From the NCBI RefSeq assembly GCF_001194135.2, contig NC_068986.1, forward strand, positions 64,518,279 through 64,562,805: a DNA stretch of 44,527 nt, given 5' to 3'. Numbering within the stretch: the stretch's first letter is position 1; each line of letters opens with the position of its first letter. The position numbers and the translations under genes are program-made. The DNA comes from Octopus bimaculoides (lineage: Eukaryota). The notes beneath the pieces were generated by a model, which worked only from the letters and a program-made list of their open reading frames with translations, was not told the origin of the DNA and made no database searches. This document shows positions 11,690 to 24,041 of this stretch, piece after piece.

Positions 11690-12095
11690 ATGACTGGTTG
11701 GAGTCAAATGTGAAATAATTCAATACCCTCGTGGAGGAAAAGCGTGCTGGCCTGCTCAAACATAAGCACCAACCCACCAGGGCAACGCTGCAAGCATTGA
11801 GATCAGCAAGGAACAGCACGCAGAAGACAGTGAGGTGGTGTGAAATTGCCTACTGATTACAACTATGTGCAGATATCGAACTGTCGTTTGATACAGGCAA
11901 CATTCGTGGAATGTATGAGGATATCAAGAAATCCATCGGCCCAACCCAGAGCAAGATAGCTCCACTCAAATCCAGAACATGGGAAATTATCAAGGACAAA
12001 ATAGAACAGCTGGAGAGATGGGTGGAACATTATTCCGAACTCTACACCAAAGAAAAAAACATCTCTGACAGTGCGCTAGATACCGTAGAGCAATG
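11690..12095 (+). mobile_element. RTE-clade LINE internal fragment (linker between APE and RT)
   Basis: NTLVEEKRAGLLKHKHQPTRATLQALRSARN...DTGNIRGMYEDIKKSIGPTQSKIAPLKSRTWEIIKDKIEQLERWVEHYSELY matches the RTE/BovB-like pre-RT region. Confidence 0.8.
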
Positions 12096-12635
12096 ATGTT
12101 GATAACTATACAGTCTCTTCGCAACGTTACGGAGTATGTGAGTGTATACATAACTCTATATGTTTTTACATGTGTATGTGTGTGTCTGTGCAAAATTAAT
12201 GAACATAATGTTAAATACAAAACATTTAAGTATATTTAATCTAATTAATTATTACTAATTTCAAAAAACAGTCCGAATTATATGTTAACATTCCTTCCAG
12301 AATAAACCTAGAGAGGCTATTGTAAATCAACAGCGTAAGATATAATTTTATTAACACCATGCCACTTGAAGACTGCATGATAATATACATTACAATGGAT
12401 ATACATAGACGTCTTTTTCAAATTGTCTTAGCCGGTATGTATAAAAAAGGCGAAAAGAAGCAACATGATAATACTTTAACCACAAAAATATAAATAAATC
12501 CTATAAAATAATGTTTAAAAGCAATAAAATAAAATAACACTGACTAAAATGTAGTACTGTGGCAGATATTATCACAGAGGATTTCTGCATTATAGCACTG
12601 TCAGATAGCGTCTTCTTAATCTCTAAATTATATAT

Positions 12636-13012
12636 TCTTTTATTTTTTTTTCAGTCAATTTGACTGCAGCCATGCTGGAGCACTACCTTTAGTCGAACAA
12701 ATCAACCCCAGAACTTATTCTTTGTAAGCCTAGTACTTATTCTATCGGTATCTTTTGCCGAACCGCTAAGTTATGGGGACATAAACACACCAACATCGGT
12801 TGTCAAGCGATGATGGGGGACAAACACAGACACACACATTTATACATATATGACGGGCTTCTTACAGTTTCTGTCTACCAAATCCACTCACAAAGTTTTG
12901 GTCAGCCCGAGGCTATAGCAGAAGACACTTGCCCAAAGTGCCACGCAGTAGGACTGAACTCGGAACCGTGTGGTTGGAAAGCAAGGTACTTACCACACAG
13001 CCACTCCTGCGT
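12636..13012 (-). mobile_element. tRNA-derived SINE, family B, near full length
   Basis: Reverse complement begins GCAGGAGTGGCTGTGTGGTAAG, carries a GTTCCGAGTTCAGTCC box-B-like motif and ends in a T/A-rich tail. Homologous to 35602-35982. Confidence 0.9.
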
Positions 13013-13589
13013 ATATGGTTAAAAGTTTTCCAAAGTATATATTGTATTAAAGTTTCCCCGCTATATTTGACAATGTACAACTTTGAAAAGTGATTACAAT
13101 AAAAAGTGTTGTTAAAAACATGACAATATGTGAATGTATCCAAAATGTATCCAAAATTTTCAAAGATATTTAAGTGAAAGCCAGCTGAGGTGAAGGCCAG
13201 CTGAGGTGAAGGCCAGCGGAAGAATTATAACCAGGGTTTGTGAGATTGGGTTACGCATTGAAGATTACGTAACTTTTCAGGACTACTTGCTACTATTTTT
13301 TTAATGCAATTTGGGTTATTTGCTCATTTAAACTTTTAGCTTTTAAAGAGATGACTTCAAATGAATATCTGATTTAAGTAAGTTAGAACCCAGCTGCAAC
13401 CAATCCTTATAAAAAAGAATCTTCACTCGCAAGCGAGTATTACCTGGTACTTTGTACTATGCTTTCGCATATTTTTTCAGTGGCCTATGTAGCCACGAGT
13501 AGATACAGACAGTCTCTCGGCCTTGCCATTCCTTACGCAATCTAACATCATGGATGTAACGGTTGGAGGGTGAGGGGTGCACCAATCAT

Positions 13590-13702
13590 TAGGCTAGCAC
13601 TTACTCTCAGTTGGGTAGACTGGAACAACATAAAATGAAGCAGATCCAAGACTTCACGATCGAGAGCCCAACACAGTAACCACTAGACCACGCACTTCCA
13701 CA
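13590..13702 (-). mobile_element. Degenerate tRNA-derived SINE head
   Basis: Reverse complement GGAAGTGCGTGGTCTAGTGGTTA...CTCTCGATCGTGAAGTC...GTTGTTCCAGTCTACCCAACTG resembles SINE families C and D. Confidence 0.55.
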
Positions 13703-13802
13703 GACACATACACACAAAATCACACGCGTGCGCGCACACACACAAATATTCATTTACATTATTTACATTTGACAGATATTTGTTCTCATCTTGTTTGTTT
13801 TT

Positions 13803-13848
13803 AACACAACGTTTCGGCTGATATACCCTCCAGCCTTCATCAGGTGTC
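13803..13848 (-). ncRNA. Minimal type I hammerhead ribozyme (PLE-type), intact core
   Basis: Reverse complement GACAC-CTGATGA-A-GGCTG(gagggtatat)CAGCC-GAAA-CGTT|GTGTT with a fully Watson-Crick 5-bp stem II. Confidence 0.82.
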
Positions 13849-13898
13849 TTGGGGAAATCTCGAACCTGGGTTCTCATTCCTAAGGTGTTTTTCGATGT

Positions 13899-13937
<39 letters not shown>

Positions 13938-13955
13938 TATTATTATTATTATAAT

Positions 13956-14012
<57 letters not shown>

Positions 14013-14050
14013 TATTATTATTATAATTATAATAATAATAATAATAATAA
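13899..14050. repeat. (AAT)n/(ATT)n microsatellite with a duplicated interruption
   Basis: Direct reading. The interruption ATTATTATTATAATTATAAT occurs twice. Source of the poly-I ORFs. Confidence 0.95.
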
Positions 14051-14099
14051 CTTCGAAAAATACCTTAGGAATGAGAACCCAGATTCGAAATTTCCCCAA

Positions 14100-14145
14100 A
14101 ACACCTGATGAAGGCTGGAGGGTATATCAGTCGAAACGTTGTGTT
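14100..14145 (+). ncRNA. Minimal type I hammerhead ribozyme (PLE-type), intact core
   Basis: AACAC-CTGATGA(14105-14111)-A-GGCTG(gagggtatat)CAGTC-GAAA(14133-14136)-CGTT|GTGTT. Predicted cleavage after 14140. Confidence 0.82.
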
Positions 14146-14486
14146 AACAACAAACATGATGAGAACAAACAACCGTCAAATGTAAATAATGTAAACGATA
14201 TACATAATTTCTCATCTCTTAAATATAGAACTGTAAATATTATTTTGGTCGACTCAATCCAAAACAAGAAATCAAACTAGTACTCTGATTATAACGATAA
14301 TAGCACTGAGAAGATGCTACGATTCTCACTGAGCTCTCGCTTTTTATTCAATCACATCTCGTGGCACTATGTTGTTGTACAGGCACACACAAAAAAACAC
14401 AACACAGTTAAATATAATGTAAAATCATATTTACCGTTCAGTCCTCGTTTGACCATCACTGAAATGAAATAAAAAAATCAATTTAG

Positions 14487-14527
<41 letters not shown>

Positions 14528-14851
14528 NNNNNNNNNNNNNNNNNNNNNNNNNNNNNNNNNNNNNNNNNNNNNNNNNNNNNNNNNNNNNNNNNNNNNNNNN
14601 NNNNNNNNNNNNNNNNNNNNNNNNNNNNNNNNNNNNNNNNNNNNNNNNNNNNNNNNNNNNNNNNNNNNNNNNNNNNNNNNNNNNNNNNNNNNNNNNNNNN
14701 NNNNNNNNNNNNNNNNNNNNNNNNNNNNNNNNNNNNNNNNNTATATATATATATATGTTTCATATCATTTCAACCTGTTTATACACATGTAATTTAAGGA
14801 CAACTATTAATGTTGTCTGTTATTTACTGTCTGCTATGAATTAATCATATC

Positions 14852-14933
14852 TGACCCTGAAGAGATACAATATTCCATATTTTATAACATACAGGAGTGA
14901 GTCGGGATATTGCATCGAAATGTTCATCGGTCA
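14852..14933 (+). ncRNA. Type I hammerhead ribozyme of a second family with a long stem II
   Basis: TGACC-CTGAAGA(14857-14863)-GATACAATATTCC(27-nt loop)GGGATATTGCATC-GAAA(14917-14920)-TGTTCATC|GGTCA. Stem II pairs 12 of 13, stem I TGACC/GGTCA, stem III AUG/CAU with a 2-nt loop, AUC triplet. Confidence 0.72.
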
Positions 14934-15549
14934 TTAAAAAAGTCTTTGCAATGGATCGCGTTATAGCTCTTATTTAAATTGATATGCACACAAAATTGTA
15001 TGATTAACAACCTTTCATATGAGAATTTTGCTACGTTGATAACAGGTACAATATTTTAATTAAATTTTTGGTAGAGATCTATAAACNNNNNNNNNNNNNN
15101 NNNNNNNNNNNNNNNNNNNNNNNNNNNNNNNNNNNNNNNNNNNNNNNNNNNNNNNNNNNNNNNNNNNNNNNNNNNNNNNNNNNNNNNNNNNNNNNNNNNN
15201 NNNNNNNNNNNNNNNNNNNNNNNNNNNNNNNNNNNNNNNNNNNNNNNNNNNNNNNNNNNNNNNNNNNNNNNNNNNNNNNNNNNNNNNNNNNNNNNNNNNN
15301 NNNNNNNNNNNNNNNNNNNNNNNNNNNNNNNNNNNNNNNNNNNNNNNNNNNNNNNNNNNNNNNNNNNNNNNNNNNNNNNNNNNNNNNNNNNNNNNNNNNN
15401 NNNNNNNNNNNNNNNNNNNNNNNNNNNNNNNNNNNNNNNNNNNNNNNNNNNNNNNNNNNNNNNNNNNNNNNNNNACAATTTGTAAATTGTAAAACATAAC
15501 TGTGAACACTAATACACGATTGTAAGTAAAACGTGAAAATCAGACAAAG

Positions 15550-15609
<60 letters not shown>

Positions 15610-16504
15610 GCTTCACAAAGTTTATAAAAATTTATAGAAATTCGAAAAAATAAAAGTTGTTCTGAAAGACATGGCAGTATCAGAGAATGTGACAAAATAC
15701 TTTGTAATATTTTGGTAGGTGTCTACTCTCCGAGTTCAAATCTTGCCCAGCTAAACTCAACTTTTCTTCATTGCAGGCGCGACAAGATGAACCCCTGTCA
15801 AGTACTCCATATTCTTGACTGTATCCCTCTTCGAATTTTCAGCTTTATGCCTATATCAAAATTGCTATTAATGTTAATATTAACTTCTAAGTAGGTAAAA
15901 AGCTTGAATATTTGGTGGGGTGTATAATCTAGTATATCGACTCCAACGCTTTATTTCATAAACGCTGGAAGCATGAAGGACAACGCTAAAGAAACGGTAG
16001 CGTAACAGAGTAAATAAATATGTAAATATGTTACAATATATCTCACAACATTGAAATTGCGTTTCAATATTTTGATAATGCCTGTCATAAACTAGGAAGT
16101 TGGTTTGTTTACGTTCCTGTAAACTAGCCGTTCGGCAATTACGAAGCGGTAGATTCAGTACCTGATTCAAAATGAGTATTAGGGGCAATTTGATCAACTA
16201 AAGCCATCATGGCTTTACCCCACCATGATCACAGTCCAGTGACTGAAACACACATGACACAAGTGAATGATCGATCGATAGAAAGTAGAACTGAGCATAT
16301 ATGGTTGGAGTTACATGTATTCAATAACAGTTTGACTTATCTCCACTCGACTTAAAGTTTCGGGGACACGTAAGACATGTCCAACTCATCGGATGCAGGG
16401 AGACAGAATGGGGGGGGGGTGAAATCAAGTATTGAATCTAGGAGTTTCTACTAACATAGCTAGAAACTTCCTGACATTAATAATAAGCATTTTGCTAGAA
16501 CCTA

Positions 16505-17480
16505 TGCAGGGTGGGTCAGTTTTTGTTGAAGACACCACCTTCAAGAGCTCTAACTTTCTTCTATCTTCATTTTTTTAACCTTACTTTTCAAATATATAAT
16601 CTGAGATTGATTCGGCAAACGAAAAGCTGTAATCGTTGCCTTAAAGCGTAGCTTAGCGATACAGAGATAATTCGATTCCTGAAAGTTGCCCGATCCTTTG
16701 TTGTCAAAGTTCGAAAGGAGCTGGAAGCTGCTGATGGGGAGCCAACATCAGCAGCTAAACGTAAAACGCATGCACAAGTCCTCATACCATCAAAACTCAT
16801 AACTTTGTACAAAATGTTCCGGAAAAAGAAATCGATAAAAATCCGATAAGTCTATCAAAACCATTGCAAAAGACCGCAAGGTTTGGGAATGCACCATCAG
16901 AAGAATTGTGTAACAGTCATACATGCTAAGTTCCAAGCAATTGTGATGGTTCGGTGAATCATTAACAATGAGGTAGGTTTGTGAACTTTTTAACAAAGCT
17001 TAAGAGTTAATACTGCTGTCTACACAGAGGTGTTGGAAAAAGTTGTGAGGCACTGGATAGACAGAGTACGTAACGGAACACACTATATTTTCCAACAAGA
17101 CACTGCGCCGTCTCATGAGGATAGGACAACCCTAGCGTGGATGCGTGCCTATATCTGTGATCATGTTCTCCTAGACACAAAGCCTCCTAGCTCATCAGAC
17201 CTCAATCCACTGGATTATTACGTACGGGACTTAGCTGAGGGAGAGAGAGGTCAATCAACATCCTCATAGCACCATAGACTCTCTCAAGTCCGCCATACTC
17301 AGCACTATGTCCAAAATTGTTAAAGATTACCTGATTGAGGTATGTCAACACTTTCGACCCCACATTAAAGCAGCCATTGATGCTAATGGTAGATTCATTA
17401 AATATGTGTAATAAAAGGATTTTCAAGATTATTTGTACTAATTTGTTTTCAAATAGAGCTTTTCTGTGCACAGCTTTTTT
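16505..17480 (+). mobile_element. DD37D (maT-type) Tc1/mariner transposon, decayed with internal deletion
   Basis: N-terminal KAVIVALKA*LSDTEIIRFLKVARSFVVKVRKELEAADG and C-terminal LRVNTAVYTEVLEKVVRHWIDRVRNGTHYIFQQD...PPSSSDLNPLDYY, with 37 residues counted between the last two catalytic Asp. Boundaries approximate. Confidence 0.82.
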
Positions 17481-17894
17481 TAAATGTATACACATGACCG
17501 CAAAAAAAAAAAAAAAAAAAAAAACTGACGCAGTCTGTAGATATGATAATTGCTACTGCTATTGAGTTCAAACTCCTATGCTAAAAGTGTTCTTTCAAAT
17601 TTTCGCACGGAAATAACTGCTAATCAATGACATTACAGACAAGAGAAGAAACAACAGAGAAGAAGGGGTTGGAGAGTAAATGTGCATTTAATCTAAATTA
17701 TGGGTATATAATACAAAAGGCAATGAAAAAACTTACTACTGTAATGAGATTTATTGTTAAACAAAAATCATGACATCCTGTATGTTATATTCCACCTGAC
17801 ATAACGTTAAAGATAAAACAATTGAAAACCAGACTATATAACATGTCTGAATTAGACATGCATCTCTTTCAGTTGTATCACTTCAGGTTACTCC

Positions 17895-17990
17895 TAACTG
17901 AGCACATCTATGATCAGAAGCATTCCACTCGCGACTATGCTTCTTCTTTTCCTAGTGTACCGAGAACTATATAATGCCTTTCGGTTTTTA
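17895..17990 (+). repeat. Old interspersed repeat family E, copy 2
   Basis: GAGCACATCTATGATCAGAAGCATTCCA block. Confidence 0.5.
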
Positions 17991-18314
17991 GATGGCATTG
18001 TCTTATTTTGGGAATATTAAGTATGTATATGTGTGTCTATGTCTATGTCTATGTCTATGTGTGCGTGTATATGTGAATGTATACATGTATGATTGGGTTT
18101 TGTGTGTGTATATATATATATGTACGCATGTACATGTCTGTATGTATACGTACGTAAATGGTCACGCATATGGGTTTATTTATATATGTATGCATGCATG
18201 TATGTATGTATTTATGTATGTATTTGAATATAAGTATATATCTTTATATCCATGTATGAGAATGTAATGTATGTGTGTGTGTGTGTGTGTGTGTGAGTGC
18301 GTTTGTGAGTGTGT

Positions 18315-18625
18315 GATGGCGAGTGGCTTAGCGGTTAGGGTATTCGGCTTACGATCACAAGGTTATGAGATCAATTCTTGGCGACGTGTGGTGTCCTTGA
18401 GCAAGACACTCTATTTCCCGTTGTTCCAGTCCAGTCAGCTGGCAAAAATGAGTAGTACCTGTATTTCAAAGGGCCAGCCTTGTCACGCTGAATCTCACTG
18501 AGAACTTCATAAAGGGTAGACGTGTTTGTGGAGTTCTCAGCTACTTGCACGTTAATTTCACGAGCAGACAGTGCCGTTGGTTGGATCAACTTGTACCATC
18601 GTCGTCCTAAGCGACAGTGTTCCAG
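18315..18625 (+). mobile_element. tRNA-derived SINE, family C
   Basis: GGCGAGTGGCTTAGCGGTTAGGG head, GTGTCCTTGAGCAAGACAC core, GCACGTTAATTTCACGAGCAG body. Reverse homologue at 23640-23880. Confidence 0.85.
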
Positions 18626-18629
18626 TCTA

Positions 18630-18746
<117 letters not shown>

Positions 18747-18750
18747 CATA

Positions 18751-19200
18751 CAATACCGTGCCAAAGTCTTCGGTCACTTCAAACTATTTTAAATTTCTAC
18801 TAATTGCCAATTTATCAGTGGATGTTTCGCATTGCATTTTTTACAGATGAAACATTGGTCCTGTTGGAGTCATTTCCATACCTAATCATTATATTTTGTA
18901 GTAGGCGTTCTGAAAGAGAGAAAAAGATGCCAGAAGACCACCAAAATTGGCCGTGCAAAAGTTTTCGGCCACCTCACATAAACTAATCAAGCTAAAGTGT
19001 TTTAAAACAAAGAAATGTCTATAATGAAAAATTATTGCATAATGTTCATTTCAAGAAGTTACTGTACATTGTTAATATTTCATGTGGCTTCCCTTAGCTT
19101 GAATAATTGCTTCAATGCGTCTGGAAGAGACGCGTACAGATCCTTCACCATCTTCACAGGTATGAGATGCCATTCTCTGTGGGTGAATTCCTACAACTCT
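18751..19200 (-). mobile_element. Second Tc1 right-end remnant, same family as 1027-1695
   Basis: Reverse complement aligns with about 1280-1695 (HREWHLIPVKMV...AKGSHMKY*, inner and outer repeats). TA at 18749-18750. Confidence 0.9.
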
Positions 19201-19576
19201 TCGTTCGTATTTTGATATGTGCACATAATTCTTCGTATTTGTTTGTATTTGTACAATAGGAGTTGTTTCCCCCTGGTCTATGTATTAATTTGTTTCTTTA
19301 TTTCAAAATTCTGTACAATTTCGTGTGGCTTCGATGTATTCTCATCCAAGATGGTGGCGAGTACCAACGTCCTATGTGGTAGGCTTGATAATTGCTGAGA
19401 ATTCTCGCATGAAACCAATGGTAGCCTTGTTAACCAACAAATAATATATTTCACGTTACTCTGTTCACCAGCAAAGATGAGTTATCCTACGACAGACCAG
19501 CGTCCCATCCAGTGGAGGGGATGATATATACACCATAGAATCCAGGAATGTATATGAATCGGATGTTTTTGAAATA

Positions 19577-19627
<51 letters not shown>

Positions 19628-20444
19628 TTACTTCCAAACAATTTATAATAGAATGCTAGTTAGATACTAGGATCAATTATTCGCATGATGCATCGTAGCT
19701 GTGAAAGGAATTGTAATGGAAGAACGCCGTCTTAATCAAAACGTTAAAAAAATTACAAATATTTCCTAGATTGCAGTCAACGTAAGAGTTTTGTATTTTG
19801 TGTTCGACCGTTACTAGTTTATTATTCTTTCTCCTCTGTAAAGCATTTTTCCTGAGGATGATGCTGACGTAAAGTCAGATGGGAGTGATGATAGTGTTGG
19901 TTTAGATGTCAGTGGTATTTCTTAGTAGTCGAGTGGTTAAGTGGTAACTGTGGAATGTTTCTTTCTATCCCTTCATCCTCGCATGTATCGACTTACAGGG
20001 CTTACTAGCTAGGGATTTACGAGATTAACAACTGCAAAAACTGCAACAATAAAAGCGGCGATGGCAGCAACAACAACAGCTGTAACAATAACAGCAGCAG
20101 TAACTACAACAACAATAATGATAAGTTGACAAAGGCGAAATATACTTGGTGATAGAAAGTTAGATAAGGAAATAGGAAGATGTGAAGGAATGGTAGATAA
20201 AGAGTAGAAATAGCATTAATTGTGGGGGAAGAAGGAAAAATAACAAAATAACAATAATGGATAAAATAATGATTTTGAATTTGTCATAGGGACAAAGTGA
20301 GCGTACGGCATTCCAATACACGAATAAGGTTACATATTTATATGTATGAATATACAACCATTCTGTAAATGACAGTACAAGGTGCACTACATAAGGTGAT
20401 GCCTATTCACAAACACACACACATTTACACACACAGGTGTGTGG

Positions 20445-20776
20445 CTAGAGCAGGTGTGTGCTCAGTGGTTAGAGTATCGGGCTCACAATCATGAGGTAGT
20501 GAGCCCGATTCCTGGACTGGTCTGTGTGTTGTGTTCTTGAGCAAGATACTTTATTTCACATTGCTCAAGTTCACTCAGCTGTAGAAATGAATTGCGATGT
20601 CACTAGTGCCAAGCTGTATTGGCCTTTGCCTTTCCCTTGGACAACATTAGTGACATGGAGAGGGGTATGGATGGGCGACTGCTAATCTTCCATAAACAAT
20701 CTCGCCCTGACTTGTGCCTAGGAGGGTAACTTTATAAGTGCAATTCCATGGTTATTCATGACCCAAATGGGTCTTT
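20445..20776 (+). mobile_element. tRNA-derived SINE, family D, near full length
   Basis: GCTCAGTGGTTAGAGTATCGGGCTCACAATCATGAGGTAGTGAGCCCGATTCC tRNA-like head with GTGTTCTTGAGCAAGA core. Confidence 0.85.
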
Positions 20777-20777
20777 T

Positions 20778-20920
20778 CTGAGTTCAAATTCCGCCGAGGT
20801 CGATTTTGCCTTTCATGCTTTCGGGGTCGATAAATTAAGTAACAGTTGCGTACTGGGGTCGATCTAATCAACTGGCCACCTCCCCCAAAATTTCGGGCCT
20901 TGTGCTTACAGTAGAAAAAA
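20778..20920 (+). mobile_element. SINE family A, 3' portion, directly abutting SINE D
   Basis: GAGTTCAAATTCCGCCGAGGTCG...GGCCTTGTGCTTACAGTAGAAAA. Confidence 0.85.
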
Positions 20921-21271
20921 ATATATATTCATATATACTTCAAAGGAAAGATAATCACTCATTCATGCGCTTGAATAAACACATATATTCACACATCCAT
21001 GTTGAAGGAGCCCTCTCAGTCAGTGCGATTGGCTCAGGTCGAACTCTTGTCGGTTCCCAGCGAAAACCAGTGCACTATACAATAGCTGCCGCGATACAGA
21101 CTAGTTTCTTGCTGCCTTATAGTCATCTCAGGTACCTTGGAGTCAACGGACATAACTGTATAATACCGTACACTTTGATTAATGTATATATGAATGTACG
21201 TATCTACTTACACACAGAGACACACTCACACACACGCACACACACACAATATATATGTAATGTGTGTGTGT

Positions 21272-21332
21272 ATACCTGGAACCATGGGGTTGGGAAGCAA
21301 GCTTCTTACCACACAGCCACTCCAGCGTCTAT
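21272..21332 (-). mobile_element. SINE family B head fragment
   Basis: GGAACCATGGGGTTGGGAAGCAAGCTTCTTACCACACAGCCACTCC matches the end of 12636-13012. Confidence 0.7.
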
Positions 21333-22402
21333 CTATATATTCAAATAATACTAATAAGACAAAGAAATTTTTTTAACGCATCGTTACAACCGTTTCTGCA
21401 CCAACTCTGCTTGCAACACCAGTTTACGCAAAAATTCGTAGTGAAAATTTACGTAATGTTTTCGGTTTTAGACTTCAGAGAAGCAATTCATCACACTTGC
21501 ATCAACGGTGTACTGTCATACTGTGCGTTATATATATATATATATATATATATATAGCGCACAGNNNNNNNNNNNNNNNNNNNNNNNNNNNNNNNNNNNN
21601 NNATATATATATATATATATATATATAATATGCGCCTGTGTATAATGTGTGTGGTAAAGAGAAAAAGAGAGAGGAGCGATGTGAGAAGAAAGATGTGAAA
21701 GTTGCAACTCTCGATGGCTCTGTTGATGAAAACCATAACTCTTAAACAGCTCAATACATCTATTCGCAAATAAGAGTAACTCTGTGGTTGCCCTTTACTG
21801 AAACAGAATGGGCTTCGTAAGTCTTATCTAGGTTGTATTATATAAAAATGTAGATGTGCTTGTATATGATAGGCTTGGGAGTTCATCTAAAATAATTTTA
21901 GTTATGAAATACCCTAAATTGAATAGTTTCATATCGTTATTCTTTAGCCACAGCTTTGTAAGAGTATATGGGACTATATTATCCTGTGTGCTCTTTATTA
22001 AGAAATGGCTGGCTATCGCTTTCTTGCAAGTCAAGCTATACCATACGGGCTTGTTCATTCATACAGCTCAGTCATTGGCACACCTATGCCACTGTTTGCA
22101 TGATGCCACTTATTAAATAGTCATTCCTTTCACACTTAGACAAAACATATTTGTTCTACATTCACTTAAAGTCTGTAAACCTGTTCTGATATAAAATTCT
22201 TTGAACTGCGACCTTTACTATCATTAAAAACGGGTGAAGAGTGGTAGAAATGGTAGTAGATCGCGCTGAATGAACTTCTCAGGACAAACCTAATGCTCGG
22301 GCCAACTTTGTATTTCATCCATAAAAGTCAATAAAATAAGTAGCAGCACTGTATAAGTGTCTTCTACTTTACACATCCCTGATATTGTTGCTGCTGTTAA
22401 AG

Positions 22403-22615
22403 CTGCGAAGTGGTCGAATCGTTAGCACACTGAATAAAATGCTTAGCGGCGTTTTGTTCGCGTTCACGTTCTGAGTACAAATTCAGCCGAGGTCGACTTT
22501 GTATTTCATCCTTTCGGAGTCGATAAAATAAGTACCAGTCAAGTAGTGAGGTCGACTTCCCATCCCCTCAAAAACTCCTTGCTATATACCAGAATTTGAA
22601 ACCATTGTTGTGGCT
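22403..22615 (+). mobile_element. SINE family A
   Basis: GAATCGTTAGCAC...GTTCTGAGTACAAATTCAGCCGAGGTCGACTTTG...GTCGATAAAATAAGTACC. Confidence 0.8.
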
Positions 22616-22644
22616 ATTGTTGATGTACTTTGGTCTCTACAGAG

Positions 22645-22900
22645 TCCTGAATGAATAGACCTATGTAGACCTATCATCAAAAGTGTTCCAGCCGTGATCC
22701 ACCACCGTCATGTTTTCAGGTTCAATAAAGTAGGATTACATTATCCGTAACTTGGCGGTTCAACAAAAGAGACCCAAGAATATGTTAAGTACCAGGCTTT
22801 AAAAAATTAAATACCGGGATCAATATATTCGACTAAAAACTCTTCAAGGTGGTGCCACAGTCTAACAACTGAAACAAGTCAAAGGTAAAAGATAAAAAAT
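22645..22900 (+). repeat. Repeat family E copy 3 followed by a SINE B 3' tail
   Basis: AGACCTATCATCAAAAGTGTTCCAGCCGTGA...GGATTACATTATCC, then AGTACCAGGCTTT...ACTGAAACAAGTCAAAGGTAAAAG. Confidence 0.55.
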
Positions 22901-23639
22901 AAAAGAGCCAAAAGGTGTCTTCAGGTATTTTGGGTAATATATTGATTTATAAAATAAGAGCAACTAAGTATATTGTGTGCTGTGAAAAAAGCAAACGAAG
23001 TTACAACACGTAGAAAAAGATGTAGCTGATTCTGTCCATTAGTTTGTCTGCAATCGTTACTCTTGAGGTTCAATATGAAACTACTTATTTTTTAGGCACA
23101 GGAGCCGAGGTCTGAGAGGGTTAAAATGCAAACAACAAATTTTAAGGTAACCTTTGAATTAGAAGTGGGAAGGTACGTAATCGGAAATGCTAAACTGTTC
23201 AAGAAAATTAAAAAAATATGTATGTATATATGTGTGTGTGTGTGTGCGTGTTTGTGTGTACCGTTGCTATTACGTTAAACTGTTTTATGTCCAAATGCGT
23301 TTTTTTTATATTCTTAATTTTGTTTGCAATAGCCGGTTCTTTTGGTCTGACTATCGTATCTCCAGCTGCTTCAGACGCCAAGATATGAAAATTGTCAAGT
23401 GTAGTACAACGGTTTAGTATTTTTCAAAAGTGTAGTAAGTCCCACACATGACAGTTTTTGCAAAAATATTTCTGACTGAAAATATACATGCATGGAGTTA
23501 CGATTTTATGGACCCAACAACGTATTATTGTTTAGCTGAAACTGTTACTAATGTAAAAAGAAATGGAATGGTGAAACTATTTTTTCGGTTTCTGAAAAAG
23601 CAATGTTTTGGACTTACGACACTTTGCATAATAGCAACG

Positions 23640-23880
23640 ATATATATAACTGATGCAGCTGGCACACCGTCAGTTATGACGACAAGGGTTCCAGTTGAGC
23701 CGATCAACGGAACAGCCTGCTCGTGAAATTAACGTTCAAGTGGCTGAGCACTCCAGAGACACGTGTACCCTTAACATAGTTCTCAGGGAGAATGTGACCA
23801 GGCCGGCCCTTTGAATTATAGGCACTACCCATTTTTGCTAGCTGAGTGGACTGGAGTAAAGTGAAATAAAATGTCTCGGC
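23640..23880 (-). mobile_element. SINE family C body (head lost at gap)
   Basis: Reverse complement of the body of 18315-18625. Confidence 0.8.
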
Positions 23881-24005
23881 TATCCTATAGTGTATATANN
23901 NNNNNNNNNNNNNNNNNNNNNNNNNNNNNNNNNNNNNNNNNNNNNNNNNNNNNNNNNNNNNNNNNNNNNNNNNNNNNNNNNNNNNNNNNNNNNNNNNNNN
24001 NNNNN

Positions 24006-24041
<36 letters not shown>

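Larger units (their letters stand above)
13751..14233. mobile_element. Fold-back hammerhead element copy 2 (inverted Penelope-like pLTR arms around a TAA microsatellite)
   Basis: Arm 13752-13898 is the reverse complement of 14051-14188, and the right arm continues to ...AAATATAGAACTG at 14233. AAATATT direct repeat at 13744-13750 and 14235-14241. Same family as 5923-7989. Confidence 0.85.
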
